This document shows, one piece after another, positions 1 to 12,028 of a DNA stretch of 64,000 nt. Each line of letters opens with the position of its first letter. Position 1 is the stretch's first letter. Made by a program: the position numbers and the translations under genes. The DNA comes from an uncultured Methanoregulaceae archaeon (GTDB lineage: Archaea; Halobacteriota; Methanomicrobia; Methanomicrobiales; Methanospirillaceae): the NCBI GenBank assembly GCA_963701095.1, contig OY969564.1:1408001-1472000 (forward strand). Reading direction: 5' to 3'. The notes beneath the pieces are model-generated. The model was not told the origin of the DNA. It worked only from the letters and a program-made list of their open reading frames with translations, and did no database searches.

Positions 1-7
1 CGCTGCC

Positions 8-1114
8 ATGAAGAAGTGCGGGGCTGATGCTTTTGTGCATTATGCCACGGGTGAAGATGCCGATATGCGGTACCTCACGAGATTCGTGATGCATGATTCC
101 TTTGTTTTTTTTAAGAGACAAAAGCAGCCAGGAACGATTATTGTTCCCCAGATGGAGGCCGAGCGGGCTTCCCGCGAATCAACAACAGCCGTAATGACCC
201 GTACTCAAGCCGGGCTGCCCGACATTACAAAGAAAGAGAAGAATCCTTGGAAAGCGATAGCGCAAATGATCGGGGAACAGGCCGGGAAGACCCTCCTTGT
301 GTCACCTGCGTTTCCCGCAATACTGATGAGAGCGCTTGAAGATCATGGCCGGGTGATCGTGGATGAGGGGACAGTCGGGAACATGCGGATAAAAAAGACG
401 CCAGATGAGATCCGGCTTATAAAAGAGGTCCAGAAAAAAACCGAACGCGCCATGGATCTCGGGATTTCCCTTGTCAGGCACGCAACGATCAAAAGAGGGA
501 TCCTGTACCATAATGATGCCCCGCTCACGTCAGAACTCATGCGGAATGTGATCCATAAACACATTATGGATGACGGTTGTCGAGCGGTAGAGACCATTAT
601 TTCATGCGGCGAAGATACTGCGTTTCCGCACATTATCGGAAGTGGACCGTTAAAACCCCACATGCCCATCGTAATTGACATGTTCCCCCGGGATGAATTA
701 ACCGGGTATTTTGCGGATATGACACGAACCATCTCGAAAGGAAAGCCAAGCCAGAAGATTGTCGAGATGTTCGAAGCAGTCCGGGAAGCCCAGCAGATCG
801 GTATCTTACACATAAAATCCGGGGTGGCGGGATCGGAGGTACACAACGCTGTCGTCGAGCATTTCAAAAGCCGGGGGTATGAGAGCGATACCCGCGGGTT
901 CATCCATAATCTCGGTCATGGTGTTGGTCTTCAGGTCCATGAGCTACCCACATTAGGTCCATCAGGGGCTGCTCTCGAAGCAGGTTCTGTCGTCACCGTT
1001 GAACCCGGTCTTTATTATCCCGGGGTCGGGGGGGTACGTCTTGAGGATATAGGCGTGGTTCGAGCACGGAACTTTGCTAATTTTACAAAATTTGAGGAGA
1101 CATTGATCGTATGA
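8..1114 (+). CDS. Xaa-Pro aminopeptidase (M24B); start may lie upstream of the window
   Basis: M24 motifs IDMFP..GYFADMTRT, HNLGHGVGL.VHE, EPGLY, GGVRLED. Confidence 0.9.
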   Translation: MKKCGADAFVHYATGEDADMRYLTRFVMHDSFVFFKRQKQPGTIIVPQMEAERASRESTTAVMTRTQAGLPDITKKEKNPWKAIAQMIGEQAGKTLLVSPAFPAILMRALEDHGRVIVDEGTVGNMRIKKTPDEIRLIKEVQKKTERAMDLGISLVRHATIKRGILYHNDAPLTSELMRNVIHKHIMDDGCRAVETIISCGEDTAFPHIIGSGPLKPHMPIVIDMFPRDELTGYFADMTRTISKGKPSQKIVEMFEAVREAQQIGILHIKSGVAGSEVHNAVVEHFKSRGYESDTRGFIHNLGHGVGLQVHELPTLGPSGAALEAGSVVTVEPGLYYPGVGGVRLEDIGVVRARNFANFTKFEETLIV

Positions 1115-1995
1115 AAAAGATGAAAGATGACGTACTGGATAAATATATTTCCGCAGGGAAACTCGCCTCTGCGATACTCCGGGAAAGTGCGCAGGAGATC
1201 CGGGTGGGTCGGTCCTTTCTGGAACTGGTCGATTCCGTGGAGAGCCGGGTCCGGGAGAATGGTGCCGATCTTGCCTTCCCTCTCAATGTCTCCTTAAACG
1301 AGGATGCAGCGCACGACACGGCATCACCGGGGGACGAACGCCTCTTTGCCAAAGGGAACGTGATCAAGCTCGATCTAGGTGTGCAGATCGACGGCTATAT
1401 CGCAGACACCGCCACAACAGTCGACCTTGGGAACAACGCGCTCCTTCTTGATGCGTCCCACGAGGCACTTGAAGCAGCAATCCGCTTGGTCAGGCCGGGA
1501 GTGACCGCAGGAGAGATCGGGGCAGTCGTAGAAAGAGAGATTACACGTCGGGGATACCGGCCCATCGCCAACCTCACCGGACACGGCCTTGACAGGTACG
1601 TACAGCACCGGGACCCGACCATTCCCAACATTGCCATCAACGGCGGTTCCGTGCTCGAAGAGGGAATGGCTTTTGCGATAGAACCATTCGCCACAACCGG
1701 GAGCGGCCGGGTCGGGGAAAAAACCCGGATTGAGATCTACTCCCAGATCGCGGAAAAACCGGTCCGGATTCCCTCTGCCCGCGCGGCCATGGAAAAGGTA
1801 AAGGAACGCCACGGGCTTCCTTTCTCCAGGCGCTGGCTTGACGACAAAAAGATGGACCTGACGCTCCCAGGCCTCGTGCGATCCGGGATCCTCCATGGAT
1901 ATCCGGTCCTTTCTGACATTCCTGGTTCGCTTGTTTCACAGCATGAGCATACCCTGATCGTGACAAACGACGGTTGCATCGTCACAACACGGTGA
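1111..1995 (+). CDS. map: Methionine aminopeptidase type II
   Basis: AFPLNVS..AAHDT, KLDLGVQIDGYIADTA, NLTGHG, AIEPF, SQHEHT. Confidence 0.95.
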   Translation: MKKMKDDVLDKYISAGKLASAILRESAQEIRVGRSFLELVDSVESRVRENGADLAFPLNVSLNEDAAHDTASPGDERLFAKGNVIKLDLGVQIDGYIADTATTVDLGNNALLLDASHEALEAAIRLVRPGVTAGEIGAVVEREITRRGYRPIANLTGHGLDRYVQHRDPTIPNIAINGGSVLEEGMAFAIEPFATTGSGRVGEKTRIEIYSQIAEKPVRIPSARAAMEKVKERHGLPFSRRWLDDKKMDLTLPGLVRSGILHGYPVLSDIPGSLVSQHEHTLIVTNDGCIVTTR

Positions 1996-2042
1996 TAGGA
2001 TAGGTATAAGGATTCAGGCGTTAAATAGTAAAAGTTACAGCC

Positions 2043-3317
2043 ATGTCCGGAGATATAGAAAGCCTGCGAATCATGGAAATACTGCTCACTGCAGAAATTT
2101 TCAACCAGAACCCTACCCTCGATCTCAACGATCTGACACCGGTGTGCCGGGAGATCTTCTGCTCCGGGGATACCAAGTGCATCAAGCGTCCGGTGTTTGT
2201 CAGTGACGGGATGATCAGGCGCACCCTTAATATCGCTGATGCCCACGAGAAGATCGCAAAGAACCCATTTGTATCTTATGAAGAATTCGGACAGCGCCTG
2301 AAGATCACTACTCTTAAACCAGCTGCAGACTGGTTCCTTACACAGGGTGGTGCTTCGCTTATCCAGCAGAACCCTGCACTGGCTTTTTTTTATGAATCCC
2401 CCGACAATAAAGGTGTTTCTTATCAGGACGTCCGTAAGGCAAACCCTCGTTATGAAGATACCCGGGCCAGCCTAGAGATCCGGCTCTCCAAGATGATTGG
2501 AGAAGATGAAAAATTTCGGCAAGCTCAGGAGCTTGTTATAGTCATGGCTCCTGATGAGATTGAACAGCGGATGGAAGATATCATACGCACGCCGGAACAA
2601 AATGCACTCATTAACAAAATTCACAATGCGGTAGACAACAGGGATTTCCTGAACCGGCACCGTATTTATGAAGTGGGAAAACTCCTTTTTGTCGGACCAC
2701 CTGGAACGGGAAAAACCTCTCTTGCCCTTGCGATGGCTCATTCAATGCATATGCCTATTCTCGAAGTCAGGCTCTCGATGATTACTTCTCAGTACATTGG
2801 GGAGACATCCAAAAACATCGACAAAATATTCGAGCTGGCAAAGGGGCTCTCTCCGTCAATCCTGTTCATAGACGAATTCGATTTTATCGCAAAATCCCGA
2901 TCCTCAGATGACCATGCAGCTTTGAAGCGGGCCGTCAACACACTATTGAAAAATATTGACCGGATTAGTCTCGTCAAAAACGGCGTCCTTTTAATAGGGG
3001 CAACGAACCACCCCCAGCTGCTGGATGAAGCTGCCTGGCGGAGGTTTGATGAGGTCGTAGAATTTTCCAACCCAAACGAGGAGATGCGGAGGGAGATTGT
3101 TAAAAGCGTCACTTCTAATATGGCCTGCACCTGCAACTTTCACGAAATAGCTGCACTGACTGATGGATTCTCAGGTGCTGACATACGATTGATGATAAAA
3201 GAGGCTATGTTATCGGCACTCATGGACAAACGCGAAGTTATCGAAAATAAAGATCTGGAAATAGGGATTCGTATGGTAAGGAACCGTGATGCAATCCGGA
3301 ACTTGAGCTGGATCTAA
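2043..3317 (+). CDS. AAA+ ATPase
   Basis: Walker A GPPGTGKTS, Walker B LFIDEFD, SRH ATNHPQLLDEAAWRRFD. Confidence 0.9.
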   Translation: MSGDIESLRIMEILLTAEIFNQNPTLDLNDLTPVCREIFCSGDTKCIKRPVFVSDGMIRRTLNIADAHEKIAKNPFVSYEEFGQRLKITTLKPAADWFLTQGGASLIQQNPALAFFYESPDNKGVSYQDVRKANPRYEDTRASLEIRLSKMIGEDEKFRQAQELVIVMAPDEIEQRMEDIIRTPEQNALINKIHNAVDNRDFLNRHRIYEVGKLLFVGPPGTGKTSLALAMAHSMHMPILEVRLSMITSQYIGETSKNIDKIFELAKGLSPSILFIDEFDFIAKSRSSDDHAALKRAVNTLLKNIDRISLVKNGVLLIGATNHPQLLDEAAWRRFDEVVEFSNPNEEMRREIVKSVTSNMACTCNFHEIAALTDGFSGADIRLMIKEAMLSALMDKREVIENKDLEIGIRMVRNRDAIRNLSWI

Positions 3318-3318
3318 G

Positions 3319-4041
3319 ATGAAATTTATTTTACTGGGTACTGGTGACGCCGTTGGAACACCCAAAATAGGATGTGATTGTCCCCAGTGCAGGCATGCCT
3401 ATGAAACCGGCACCGGCCGATTGCGGACATCCCTTCTCATCGAACACGCAAACCAACACATCCTCATTGATACCTCACCTGACCTCCGTCAACAATTGCT
3501 CAAGTGCGGTTCACCCTTTATTGACGCTGTGATCTGGACCCATGGTCATTACGATCATTTCATGGGTTTTGGCGAATTCTACCGGGTCCAGAAGTACCCA
3601 CGGGTTTTTGCCGCTGAACCGGTGCTCCGGTACTGTGGCGAAACATTCCGGTTCCTTGACTTTAAACGAAGTCCAGTAGAACCGTATGTACCGTTTGATC
3701 TTTTTGGAATATCGGTTACCCCTTTCCTTGTGAAACATCCACCGGCATATACCTGCGGGTTTGTTTTTGAGAACAACGGGATGCGAGTGGGATATACTTC
3801 AGACACAAACCGGGATATTCCGGAAAAAAGTCTCCGGTTGCTTGAAAATCTTGATCTTCTTCTCATCGATGCCCTGGTTCCCTCGCATATAGCTGTTGTC
3901 AAGCACATGAACTATCTCGACGCCTGTACGCTAGCCGAAAGCCTGCACGCCAAAGATTTCCGGTGTATCCACATCAGCCACGTAATGCCGTGGGAGTACC
4001 CCCACCTTTCTCACGACGGCGAAGTTTTTGATTTTCCATAA
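3319..4041 (+). CDS. MBL-fold metallohydrolase, PhnP-like
   Basis: LGTG..GTP..GCDCPQC, DTSPDLRQQ, THGHYDH. Confidence 0.88.
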   Translation: MKFILLGTGDAVGTPKIGCDCPQCRHAYETGTGRLRTSLLIEHANQHILIDTSPDLRQQLLKCGSPFIDAVIWTHGHYDHFMGFGEFYRVQKYPRVFAAEPVLRYCGETFRFLDFKRSPVEPYVPFDLFGISVTPFLVKHPPAYTCGFVFENNGMRVGYTSDTNRDIPEKSLRLLENLDLLLIDALVPSHIAVVKHMNYLDACTLAESLHAKDFRCIHISHVMPWEYPHLSHDGEVFDFP

Positions 4042-4146
4042 AGATACCGAGGTTCGCCTATTCAGCTTGATGAAAGATTTTTTTTAATCCTCCTATACCG
4101 CCCTCACCCATACTTTAATAGTTCACAGGTTCCCAAACATAGGTGC

Positions 4147-4422
4147 ATGATTGTAAAAGTACTTGAACTCGAAAAAGATAAGGCCCGACTTATTATCCAG
4201 GGGGAGGGGCATACGTTCATGAACGCCCTTGTCGAAGAGATCCTGACGGATCCTGATGTAGACGTCGCAAAATATACCATCGAGTTCCAGTTCTCAGATC
4301 CTGAACTGCTGGTAACCACTAAGAACGGTAAGAAAAATCCCATGACCGCGATAAAAAAAGCTTGCAAAAGAATTTCAGGAAATTGCAGTGAGCTTGTCAA
4401 AGGTCTTTCAAAACAAAAATGA
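4147..4422 (+). CDS. rpoL: DNA-directed RNA polymerase subunit L (Rpo11)
   Basis: 91 aa with GEGHTFMNAL..DPDVDVAKY signature. Confidence 0.93.
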   Translation: MIVKVLELEKDKARLIIQGEGHTFMNALVEEILTDPDVDVAKYTIEFQFSDPELLVTTKNGKKNPMTAIKKACKRISGNCSELVKGLSKQK

Positions 4423-4566
4423 AATTGGCTTATACAGCCATTTTATATTTTTTTAACAATTCCACTTGTCCTTTATTCGTATTATTTATCTTCCGGATTG
4501 AAGCCGATACCCAAAAAGAAGAATACATAAGGGATGCTCCGTATTCAGGAAAAACGGGATCGAAAA

Positions 4567-5181
4567 TTATTCTGCCCTTTCTGTAAAGACTATGGAACCC
4601 GATATGCGGGAAATCTTGATCTTCACGCTCTGGCCGGGCTTCGCATTTGCGACATACATAATGTAACGACCCATCTTCACTACACCGTCACCGCGTTTTG
4701 ATAGTGACTGGATCTCAACATCCATGACCTGACCTTCTTCAAGATTTTCTGACACCGGTTCGGTCCTCACTTTGCGCTTTCTTACCGGGCGGTGACCTCC
4801 GCAAGCATCGCAACGGAGAAGGAGAATACGGTCATCCTTAACCAACCGTGTGTCGGGTTTCCCACATTCGGAACAGATCACATAATCGTCTACGTAGTTC
4901 TTGATAATCGTCCTGAAAAGCGAGATCTCAAACTTACCATTAAAAATTGCCCTGGTACCGTCGATCTTTCCCGAGGTGCCAAGTTCGCCTAGGATATACT
5001 TCATCATGTGATCTTTGTCTCGACGGACTTTATCAGCTATCTCAGCAAAGTTTTCAAGGATTGTGGTCTTACCCTCGATATACGCCTTGGCCTCAGGAAC
5101 TATAAAACGTTCTGAAGATGCACTTTTTTCGGATATATGGGAATAGGCTTTTTTTAGAAGATCATCATAGGTGTCCGTCAT
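4567..5181 (-). CDS. eif2b: Translation initiation factor 2 beta subunit with C-terminal TRAM domain
   Basis: [18 protein letters not shown], Zn finger [18 protein letters not shown] tail; start taken at ATG 5181. Confidence 0.93.
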   Translation of the reverse strand: MTDTYDDLLKKAYSHISEKSASSERFIVPEAKAYIEGKTTILENFAEIADKVRRDKDHMMKYILGELGTSGKIDGTRAIFNGKFEISLFRTIIKNYVDDYVICSECGKPDTRLVKDDRILLLRCDACGGHRPVRKRKVRTEPVSENLEEGQVMDVEIQSLSKRGDGVVKMGRYIMYVANAKPGQSVKIKISRISGSIVFTERAE

Positions 5182-5253
5182 ATCTGTATAATATAAAGGA
5201 TGCGGGGATGCAAAAGTCTTTCCCAGCACCCGGCTATGAATCCCATTTCCAGG

Positions 5254-5745
5254 TTACTCCAATTTTGGCCCCGCCGCATTCACGAATGCAACCAAATCTG
5301 CATTCACTGAGTCATCCTCGATATCTTTCTGGTTTACGGCAATAAATCCTGCAAATATCATGCCCCGGCCCTCGATCCATTTTCTGAATATTTCTTCACT
5401 CTGGCCGGGCCTTCCGCCGCAGGTCACAAATGCAACCGCTCGTTTCTTCCCGCAGTTATCAAGCACATCAATCATCGTATGAATTGCTGGCGTCGGTTTG
5501 AAAGCCCAGACCGGAGATCCGAATACCAGTAGGTCGTACTCCCTCACATCGAGATGGGAAGGTTCAATTTCTGTCTTTCCTTCACTCCGCGCAGCATTAC
5601 ACTGCATAAGAAAACGCGTCAGTGCAAAATACCGTTTCCGGTCAGTGACTTCGACAAGACGGCTGTCAGTTGTTACAGAAGCGATGTGTTGCGCGATATG
5701 TCGGGTATTGCCAGTTTCGGAATGGTAGATAATACAAATTTTCAT
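5254..5745 (-). CDS. Flavodoxin family protein
   Basis: IYHSETGNTR and DLLVFGSPVW FMN-binding motifs. Confidence 0.85.
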   Translation of the reverse strand: MKICIIYHSETGNTRHIAQHIASVTTDSRLVEVTDRKRYFALTRFLMQCNAARSEGKTEIEPSHLDVREYDLLVFGSPVWAFKPTPAIHTMIDVLDNCGKKRAVAFVTCGGRPGQSEEIFRKWIEGRGMIFAGFIAVNQKDIEDDSVNADLVAFVNAAGPKLE

Positions 5746-5858
5746 ATAATGTAGAACGTATCGTATAACAAAAAAGTTTTCACCCGCGATATACACGCTA
5801 ATGATTACAGAACGTCTGATTTTTAAGATAAAAAAAATAATTAAAAAAAAGGCACAGA

Positions 5859-6865
<1,007 letters not shown>

Positions 6866-6943
6866 TCAGCAACCAAAGCACATAATATTATATGGAAAAA
6901 CTCAAAAAGCACACTTGCACATTGAGCAGGGATGCGATGACTT

Positions 6944-7939
6944 ATTAATAACGTTGCAGTAGACAGAACCCCCGACCAGCCTTTCAGTGGTAAACTCCCT
7001 GATGTCCAGGCAACTTCTCCCGATGTAAGGATTAATCTGACAAGGGTTGGGGTAAAAAACGTAAAAAAACTTGTCGAAGTCACTCGTCCGGATAAGAGGC
7101 CGGTCGTTTTTATCTCGAATTTCGATGTATATGTGGATCTCCCCGGGAGCCTGAAAGGTGCCAACCTTTCGAGGAATTTTGAGGTTATCGACGAGGTGCT
7201 CCAACAAGCAATAGACGGTAAGGTCAACGAGATCGAGAATCTCTGTAGCGCGGTAGCTCGGAAACTTCTTGATCGCCATGAGTATGCGGATAGAACTGAG
7301 GTTCTCATGCGCAGCGAGTTTATGGTAAAGCGCGAAACGCCGGTAAGCCATACGACCTGCCATGAGGTAGTCAAGGTGCATGCGCGGGCAATTGCAAAAA
7401 GGACATTCCGTGAGCCGATTGTACGCAAAAGCGTCGGCGCGGAGGTCACGGGTATGACAGCATGCCCCTGTGCCCAGAATATTATGAAAGAGCGGGCAAA
7501 CAATGTCCTTGAGACGCTGGGAATCAACCAGAAGACTATCGACGCATTCTTTGCAGAAGTGCCGATGGCTACCCACAACCAGCGGGGCCGGGGATTCCTC
7601 TGCATCGAAACGGACGATGATCAGCATGTTGATCTTGAAAAAATTATCAAGATTCTCAAGGAGTCCATGAGTGCTGGAATCTACGAGCTCCTCAAGCGTG
7701 GTGACGAAAGTGCGGTCGTGCTTGCCGCGCACAAAAATCCGCGGTTTGTCGAAGATTGTGTACGCGAGATGGCAAAAAAAGTGCTGACTGGTTTTGACTA
7801 TCTTCCGGGAGATGCGGTCGTTATTATCAAACAGACCAATGAAGAAAGCATCCACCAGCACGATGCGTATGCCGAGCGTAGGGCTACCCTTGCAGAATTA
7901 CTGGATGAGCTCAATGGCGAAAGAAAATTACCAGAATAA
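6944..7939 (+). CDS. mptA: GTP cyclohydrolase MptA (FolE2 family); start codon uncertain
   Basis: In-frame LPDVQA..RVGVKNV upstream of the ORF-track start; GANLSR, TACPCA, ATHNQRG, NPRFVEDCVR, EESIHQHDA. Confidence 0.9.
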   Translation: MNNVAVDRTPDQPFSGKLPDVQATSPDVRINLTRVGVKNVKKLVEVTRPDKRPVVFISNFDVYVDLPGSLKGANLSRNFEVIDEVLQQAIDGKVNEIENLCSAVARKLLDRHEYADRTEVLMRSEFMVKRETPVSHTTCHEVVKVHARAIAKRTFREPIVRKSVGAEVTGMTACPCAQNIMKERANNVLETLGINQKTIDAFFAEVPMATHNQRGRGFLCIETDDDQHVDLEKIIKILKESMSAGIYELLKRGDESAVVLAAHKNPRFVEDCVREMAKKVLTGFDYLPGDAVVIIKQTNEESIHQHDAYAERRATLAELLDELNGERKLPE

Positions 7940-8107
7940 AACATTCGTGAAGTAAAATAATATAGAGACATAAATAGAATAAAATTGTATTTTTAAGCCT
8001 TTTTGTGTGGTCGGAAAAAGACGATGTTTTTTCTCCCTTTTTTATTTTAATGACCGATTTAGGCGTAAATTCATTTTTCCAGAACCGGGAAATTAAAACA
8101 ATAAACG

Positions 8108-8171
8108 TTATAAAATCGGGTGTTGTAGATAGAGTTGAACGTACTTTGTACGGTCAATTATCTCTAGAGAT
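8108..8171 (+). promoter_or_regulatory. Putative frh promoter: TATA box plus downstream inverted repeats
   Basis: TTATAAAA 8108-8115; TTGAaCGTAC-ttt-GTACGgTCAA 8135-8157; ATCTCTAGAGAT 8160-8171. Confidence 0.45.
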
Positions 8172-8236
8172 GAGAGATGTATAGAGTAATTTTGTACAGA
8201 AATACGAACAACGCAACATAACATGAGGCGATAATA

Positions 8237-9604
8237 TTGTCGAAAGTTGTAGAGATTTCCCCAACCACAAGACATGAGGGACACTCCAAGCTTGTCTTGA
8301 AGGTTAACGATCAGGGTATCATTGAAACGGGTAACTGGTGTTCCATTACCCCGGTGAGGGGCGTCGAGAAGCTTGCCGTCGGCAAGACCCCCGAACAGGT
8401 GCCGAAGATCGCATCCCGTGTCTGTGGTATTTGTCCGATTGCCCACAACCTTGCGGCTACCGAAGCAATGGAAGCATCCATCAAGTGCGAAATCCCAAAG
8501 GACGCAAAGATGCTCCGTCACATCCTTCAGCTCGCAAACCGGCTGCACAGCATTGCACTGCACGACATCCTGATTCTGCCCGACCTGTATTTACCAGGTA
8601 CCGAGACTAAGATCAACCCGTTCACGGCAGAGGAGCCGGTGCGCACCGTTGCAAAACGCATCCAGCGACTCCGTGAGATCGGCCAGACCATCGGCCAGAT
8701 TGCCGGCGGCGACTGCATCCACCCGAGAAATACCCGTGTCGGTGGTATGTATCGGAACTGCTCGGAGCAGGCAAAAATCAAGATGTACGACCTTGCAAAA
8801 GAGGCACTCCCCCTTGCAAAGGCCCAGATGGATCTCATGATCGCGATCCTCAGGAACTATCAGGCGCGCGAATCTGTAGATGTCGGCGGCATGAAGGTGC
8901 CCCTGCCTAAGACCCTCGGTTACCACAACCAGGGCTACCTTGCAACCCACGCGTTCTATGGCAACTCAAGCCTGGACGAATGCCCCGGATGGGACATCGA
9001 CCGGTTTAAGGAAGTCCGGCCATGGGACTGGTACATGGGCGAGATGGAAGTCTCGCTTGAAGAGCCAAGGTATCCAATCGGCGGTACCACCAAGGTCGGA
9101 ACCAAGGTCAACCCACAGATGGAAGCCTGCACCGGTATCCCGATGTATGACGGCCAGCCTGTTGAAGTCGGCCCGCGTGCCCGTCTCGCAACCTACAAGG
9201 GTTACGATGAGAAAGGCACAGTCGGCCAGAACGTGGCACGTGAAATGGAATACACGGACAGCCTGTATGAGATGATCGACTGCATCGATGCACTTGACTC
9301 GAACGGCAAGGTCGTTGCAGACTACATTCCCGACGGCGACGGCTCTCTGGGCTGGGCATCCAACGAAGCCCCCCGTGGCACCGATGTACACATTGCACGC
9401 GTCAAGGACTGGAAGGTCCAGTACTTCAGCATGCTCGTCCCGACTACCTGGAACTTTGCGACCTGCAGTGCCGCCCTCACCGGCGCGCCATGGCAGCTTG
9501 CTGAAGTTATCATGCGCGGGTACGACCCCTGTGTGTCATGTGCAACCCACATGATCGTACTGGATGAAGACAACAAGTTAGTGGCTCAGAAGCTCATCCA
9601 GTGA
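8237..9604 (+). CDS. frhA: F420-reducing [NiFe] hydrogenase alpha subunit
   Basis: TRHEGH, RGVE, RVCGICPIAH, EAPRG, RGYDPCVSCATH plus C-terminal extension; TTG start. Confidence 0.97.
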   Translation: MSKVVEISPTTRHEGHSKLVLKVNDQGIIETGNWCSITPVRGVEKLAVGKTPEQVPKIASRVCGICPIAHNLAATEAMEASIKCEIPKDAKMLRHILQLANRLHSIALHDILILPDLYLPGTETKINPFTAEEPVRTVAKRIQRLREIGQTIGQIAGGDCIHPRNTRVGGMYRNCSEQAKIKMYDLAKEALPLAKAQMDLMIAILRNYQARESVDVGGMKVPLPKTLGYHNQGYLATHAFYGNSSLDECPGWDIDRFKEVRPWDWYMGEMEVSLEEPRYPIGGTTKVGTKVNPQMEACTGIPMYDGQPVEVGPRARLATYKGYDEKGTVGQNVAREMEYTDSLYEMIDCIDALDSNGKVVADYIPDGDGSLGWASNEAPRGTDVHIARVKDWKVQYFSMLVPTTWNFATCSAALTGAPWQLAEVIMRGYDPCVSCATHMIVLDEDNKLVAQKLIQ

Positions 9605-9614
9605 GTGTCACCTG

Positions 9615-10166
9615 ATGCTGCATTCGGAAATCGTAATCGTGGGATGCGGAAATCCCCTGTTTGGCGATGACGGGTTTGGCCCAGCTGTGATTGAGGAAAT
9701 GGAGAAGCTCACACTTCCCGACAATGTAACAATACAGGACGGTGGCGCTGGCGCCCCGCACTTTATTTTTAATTTCCTTAATCCTGAAGTGACCAAGAAA
9801 CTTATCGTCGTTGATATTTCAGATTTTAATGCAAAGCCTGGATCAATTTCCAGAATCTCCGGCCAAGATCTGAAGCCGGGAGCTTACATTGACCCGCATT
9901 CATGGGATGGTACCGACCAGCTCTGTCGTATCAGTGATCAAATCGACACTACCGTGATCCTGTGCCAACGGTCAAAGGCCCTGAAAAAGGGAGATGCGGA
10001 CGTTGATATGGAGCTTTCAGAAGATGTGAAAAACGCGATTCCGAAAGCAATCCGGGTAATACTCGAAACTATTGGAGTGGATTATGGGACTACTATCAAG
10101 TGTATTCAAGAAGAACGTCAGCCCGGAACCGCCAAAACCAGCTGCGGCTCCCTCAAAACAAGCTGA
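9615..10166 (+). CDS. frhD: Hydrogenase maturation protease
   Basis: GCGNPLFGDDGFG motif; position in frhADGB. Confidence 0.93.
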   Translation: MLHSEIVIVGCGNPLFGDDGFGPAVIEEMEKLTLPDNVTIQDGGAGAPHFIFNFLNPEVTKKLIVVDISDFNAKPGSISRISGQDLKPGAYIDPHSWDGTDQLCRISDQIDTTVILCQRSKALKKGDADVDMELSEDVKNAIPKAIRVILETIGVDYGTTIKCIQEERQPGTAKTSCGSLKTS

Positions 10167-10986
10167 CGTCGCAGCAAAACCAGCAGAAACAAAAAAGGAG
10201 GTTAAGCCTGTGGCTGATAAAATTACATTAGGTTACACGCACGTCAGTGGGTGCACCGGTTGTACTGTGGCGCTCGCAGACAACTATGCCGGATTATTAA
10301 CACTCCTCGACAGATACGTCGATCTTAAGTATATGCCTACCCTTGCAGATGCAAGGCACATCCAGAAGGTCGATGTCTCGTTTGTTGAGGGTTCCGTCTG
10401 TATTAATGACAAACTCGCTGTAGAAGAGATCAAGGAAACCCGTGAAAAGTCAACAATCGTAGTCGCCCTCGGCGGCTGCGCATGTTATGGCAACATCACC
10501 CGGTTCTGCCGCGGTGGCCAGCAGAATCAGCCGGCCCACGAGGCATTCCTGCCAATTAACGAACTGATTAAAGTTGATGTATTCATCCCCGGATGCGCAC
10601 CAACTCCGCAGATGATCAGGAACGTTGCGGTTATGGCATACCTGCTTCTCAAGGGAACCAAGGAACAGAAAGACCTCGCGACTGCATTCCTTAAGCCCCT
10701 CATGGCACTCCCAGCACAGGGAACTGCCTGTGGAGCATCGTCAGCATGCTTCTGCGATCTGATGACCAACGTCATCGACCAGGGTCTGTGCATGGGATGC
10801 GGCAGCTGCGCAGCAGCCTGCCCGGTCAACGCAATTACTCATGAGTACGGCAAGCCCCAAGGCGAGCGTGACCTGTGCATCAAGTGCGGCGCATGCTACA
10901 ACCAGTGCCCGCGGAGCTGGTTCAGCTTCGATGTCGTAGAGAACTATGAGGCGATCAACGAGGCCATCATGGCGGCACTCCAGTGA
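10084..10986 (+). CDS. frhG: F420-reducing hydrogenase gamma subunit
   Basis: GCTGC, GGCACYG, IPGCAP, two CxxCxxCxxxCP ferredoxin motifs. Confidence 0.95.
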   Translation: MGLLSSVFKKNVSPEPPKPAAAPSKQADVAAKPAETKKEVKPVADKITLGYTHVSGCTGCTVALADNYAGLLTLLDRYVDLKYMPTLADARHIQKVDVSFVEGSVCINDKLAVEEIKETREKSTIVVALGGCACYGNITRFCRGGQQNQPAHEAFLPINELIKVDVFIPGCAPTPQMIRNVAVMAYLLLKGTKEQKDLATAFLKPLMALPAQGTACGASSACFCDLMTNVIDQGLCMGCGSCAAACPVNAITHEYGKPQGERDLCIKCGACYNQCPRSWFSFDVVENYEAINEAIMAALQ

Positions 10987-10997
10987 AGGTGATTGAA

Positions 10998-11925
10998 ATG
11001 GGAGCAGAACTCGGTAAATACAAATCATGCGTCTCAGCACGGAGCACCGATAAAGAGGTTCTCAAGCACGCTCAGGATGGCGGTATTGTTACATCCCTCT
11101 TCGGCTATGCACTCGATGCAGGAATCATTGACGGCGCAATTGTCGCAGCAACAAAAGAATTTGCAGCAAAACACCCGTCAAAGATCATGAGAGACAACTC
11201 TAACTGGGATATGATTGAGCCATGGAGACCAATCCCGGCGATTGTTAACACTAAGGCTGCAGCTGCTTGCAGCAGCAGGCACGAAGTACAACATCAGCCC
11301 GAATGTCTCAATGATCAAGGAGGCAACCCGCAGCTTTGGTCTTGACAAGGTTGGTATTGTCGGAACACCCTGCCAGATGCAGGCAATCCGGAAACTCCAG
11401 CTCTACCCAATCGGTGCCCGTGATGTCGGCGCCAGCATTGCACTTGCAGTTGGTATCTTCTGTATGGAGAACTTCCCGTACCAGAGTATCCTTCAGCTCG
11501 TGGAAGACCATGCGGCAATGAAACTCGAATCAGTCAAGAAGATGGAGATCGGGAAAGGCAAGTTCTGGGTCTACGGCAAGCGCGGACAGGTCGTTCAGCT
11601 GCCCCTCAAGGTAACCCACAAATACGAGCAGCCAGGCTGCCACGTATGTCTCGACTACGTCGCAAACCTCGGTGATGTATCCACCGGCTCCGTTGGCAGC
11701 CCCGATGGCTGGTCCACCGTCTTTGTCAGGTCAAAGATTGGGGAAGCAGTCTGGGCACAGGCAATGGCAGCAGGTGTCTTTGAGACCCAGCCCATCGAAA
11801 AGGTCAAGCCCGGTCTTGAACTTGTGACCAAGCTCGCAAACGAGAAGATCACGAAGAACAAGAACACGGTAGAGGCCCGCAAGACCTTCGGTGTTGGAAA
11901 AGGACTCAGGAACCCCTACATCTAA
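10998..11925 (+). CDS. frhB: F420-reducing hydrogenase beta subunit; 1-nt insertion at ~11260, probably an error
   Basis: AQDGGIVT in the first frame; [37 protein letters not shown] in the second. Confidence 0.93.
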
Positions 11926-11926
11926 C

Positions 11927-11934
11927 TTTTTTTT
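11927..11934 (+). terminator. Oligo-T archaeal terminator after frhB
   Basis: T8 run immediately after the stop codon. Confidence 0.5.
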
Positions 11935-12028
11935 GAAAATATGACTTGAACACAAAACGTGTGTGTTCTGATTTGTTATGATTTTGCGTTAAGCATGCAG
12001 GATTGCATAAGCCGGACATCCCGAAATC

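Noticed and set aside
6932..6940. Selenocysteine or read-through at the TGA in the mptA frame
   Set aside because: It is not at a conserved Cys position, there is no SECIS evidence, and frhA here uses Cys (DPCVSC).
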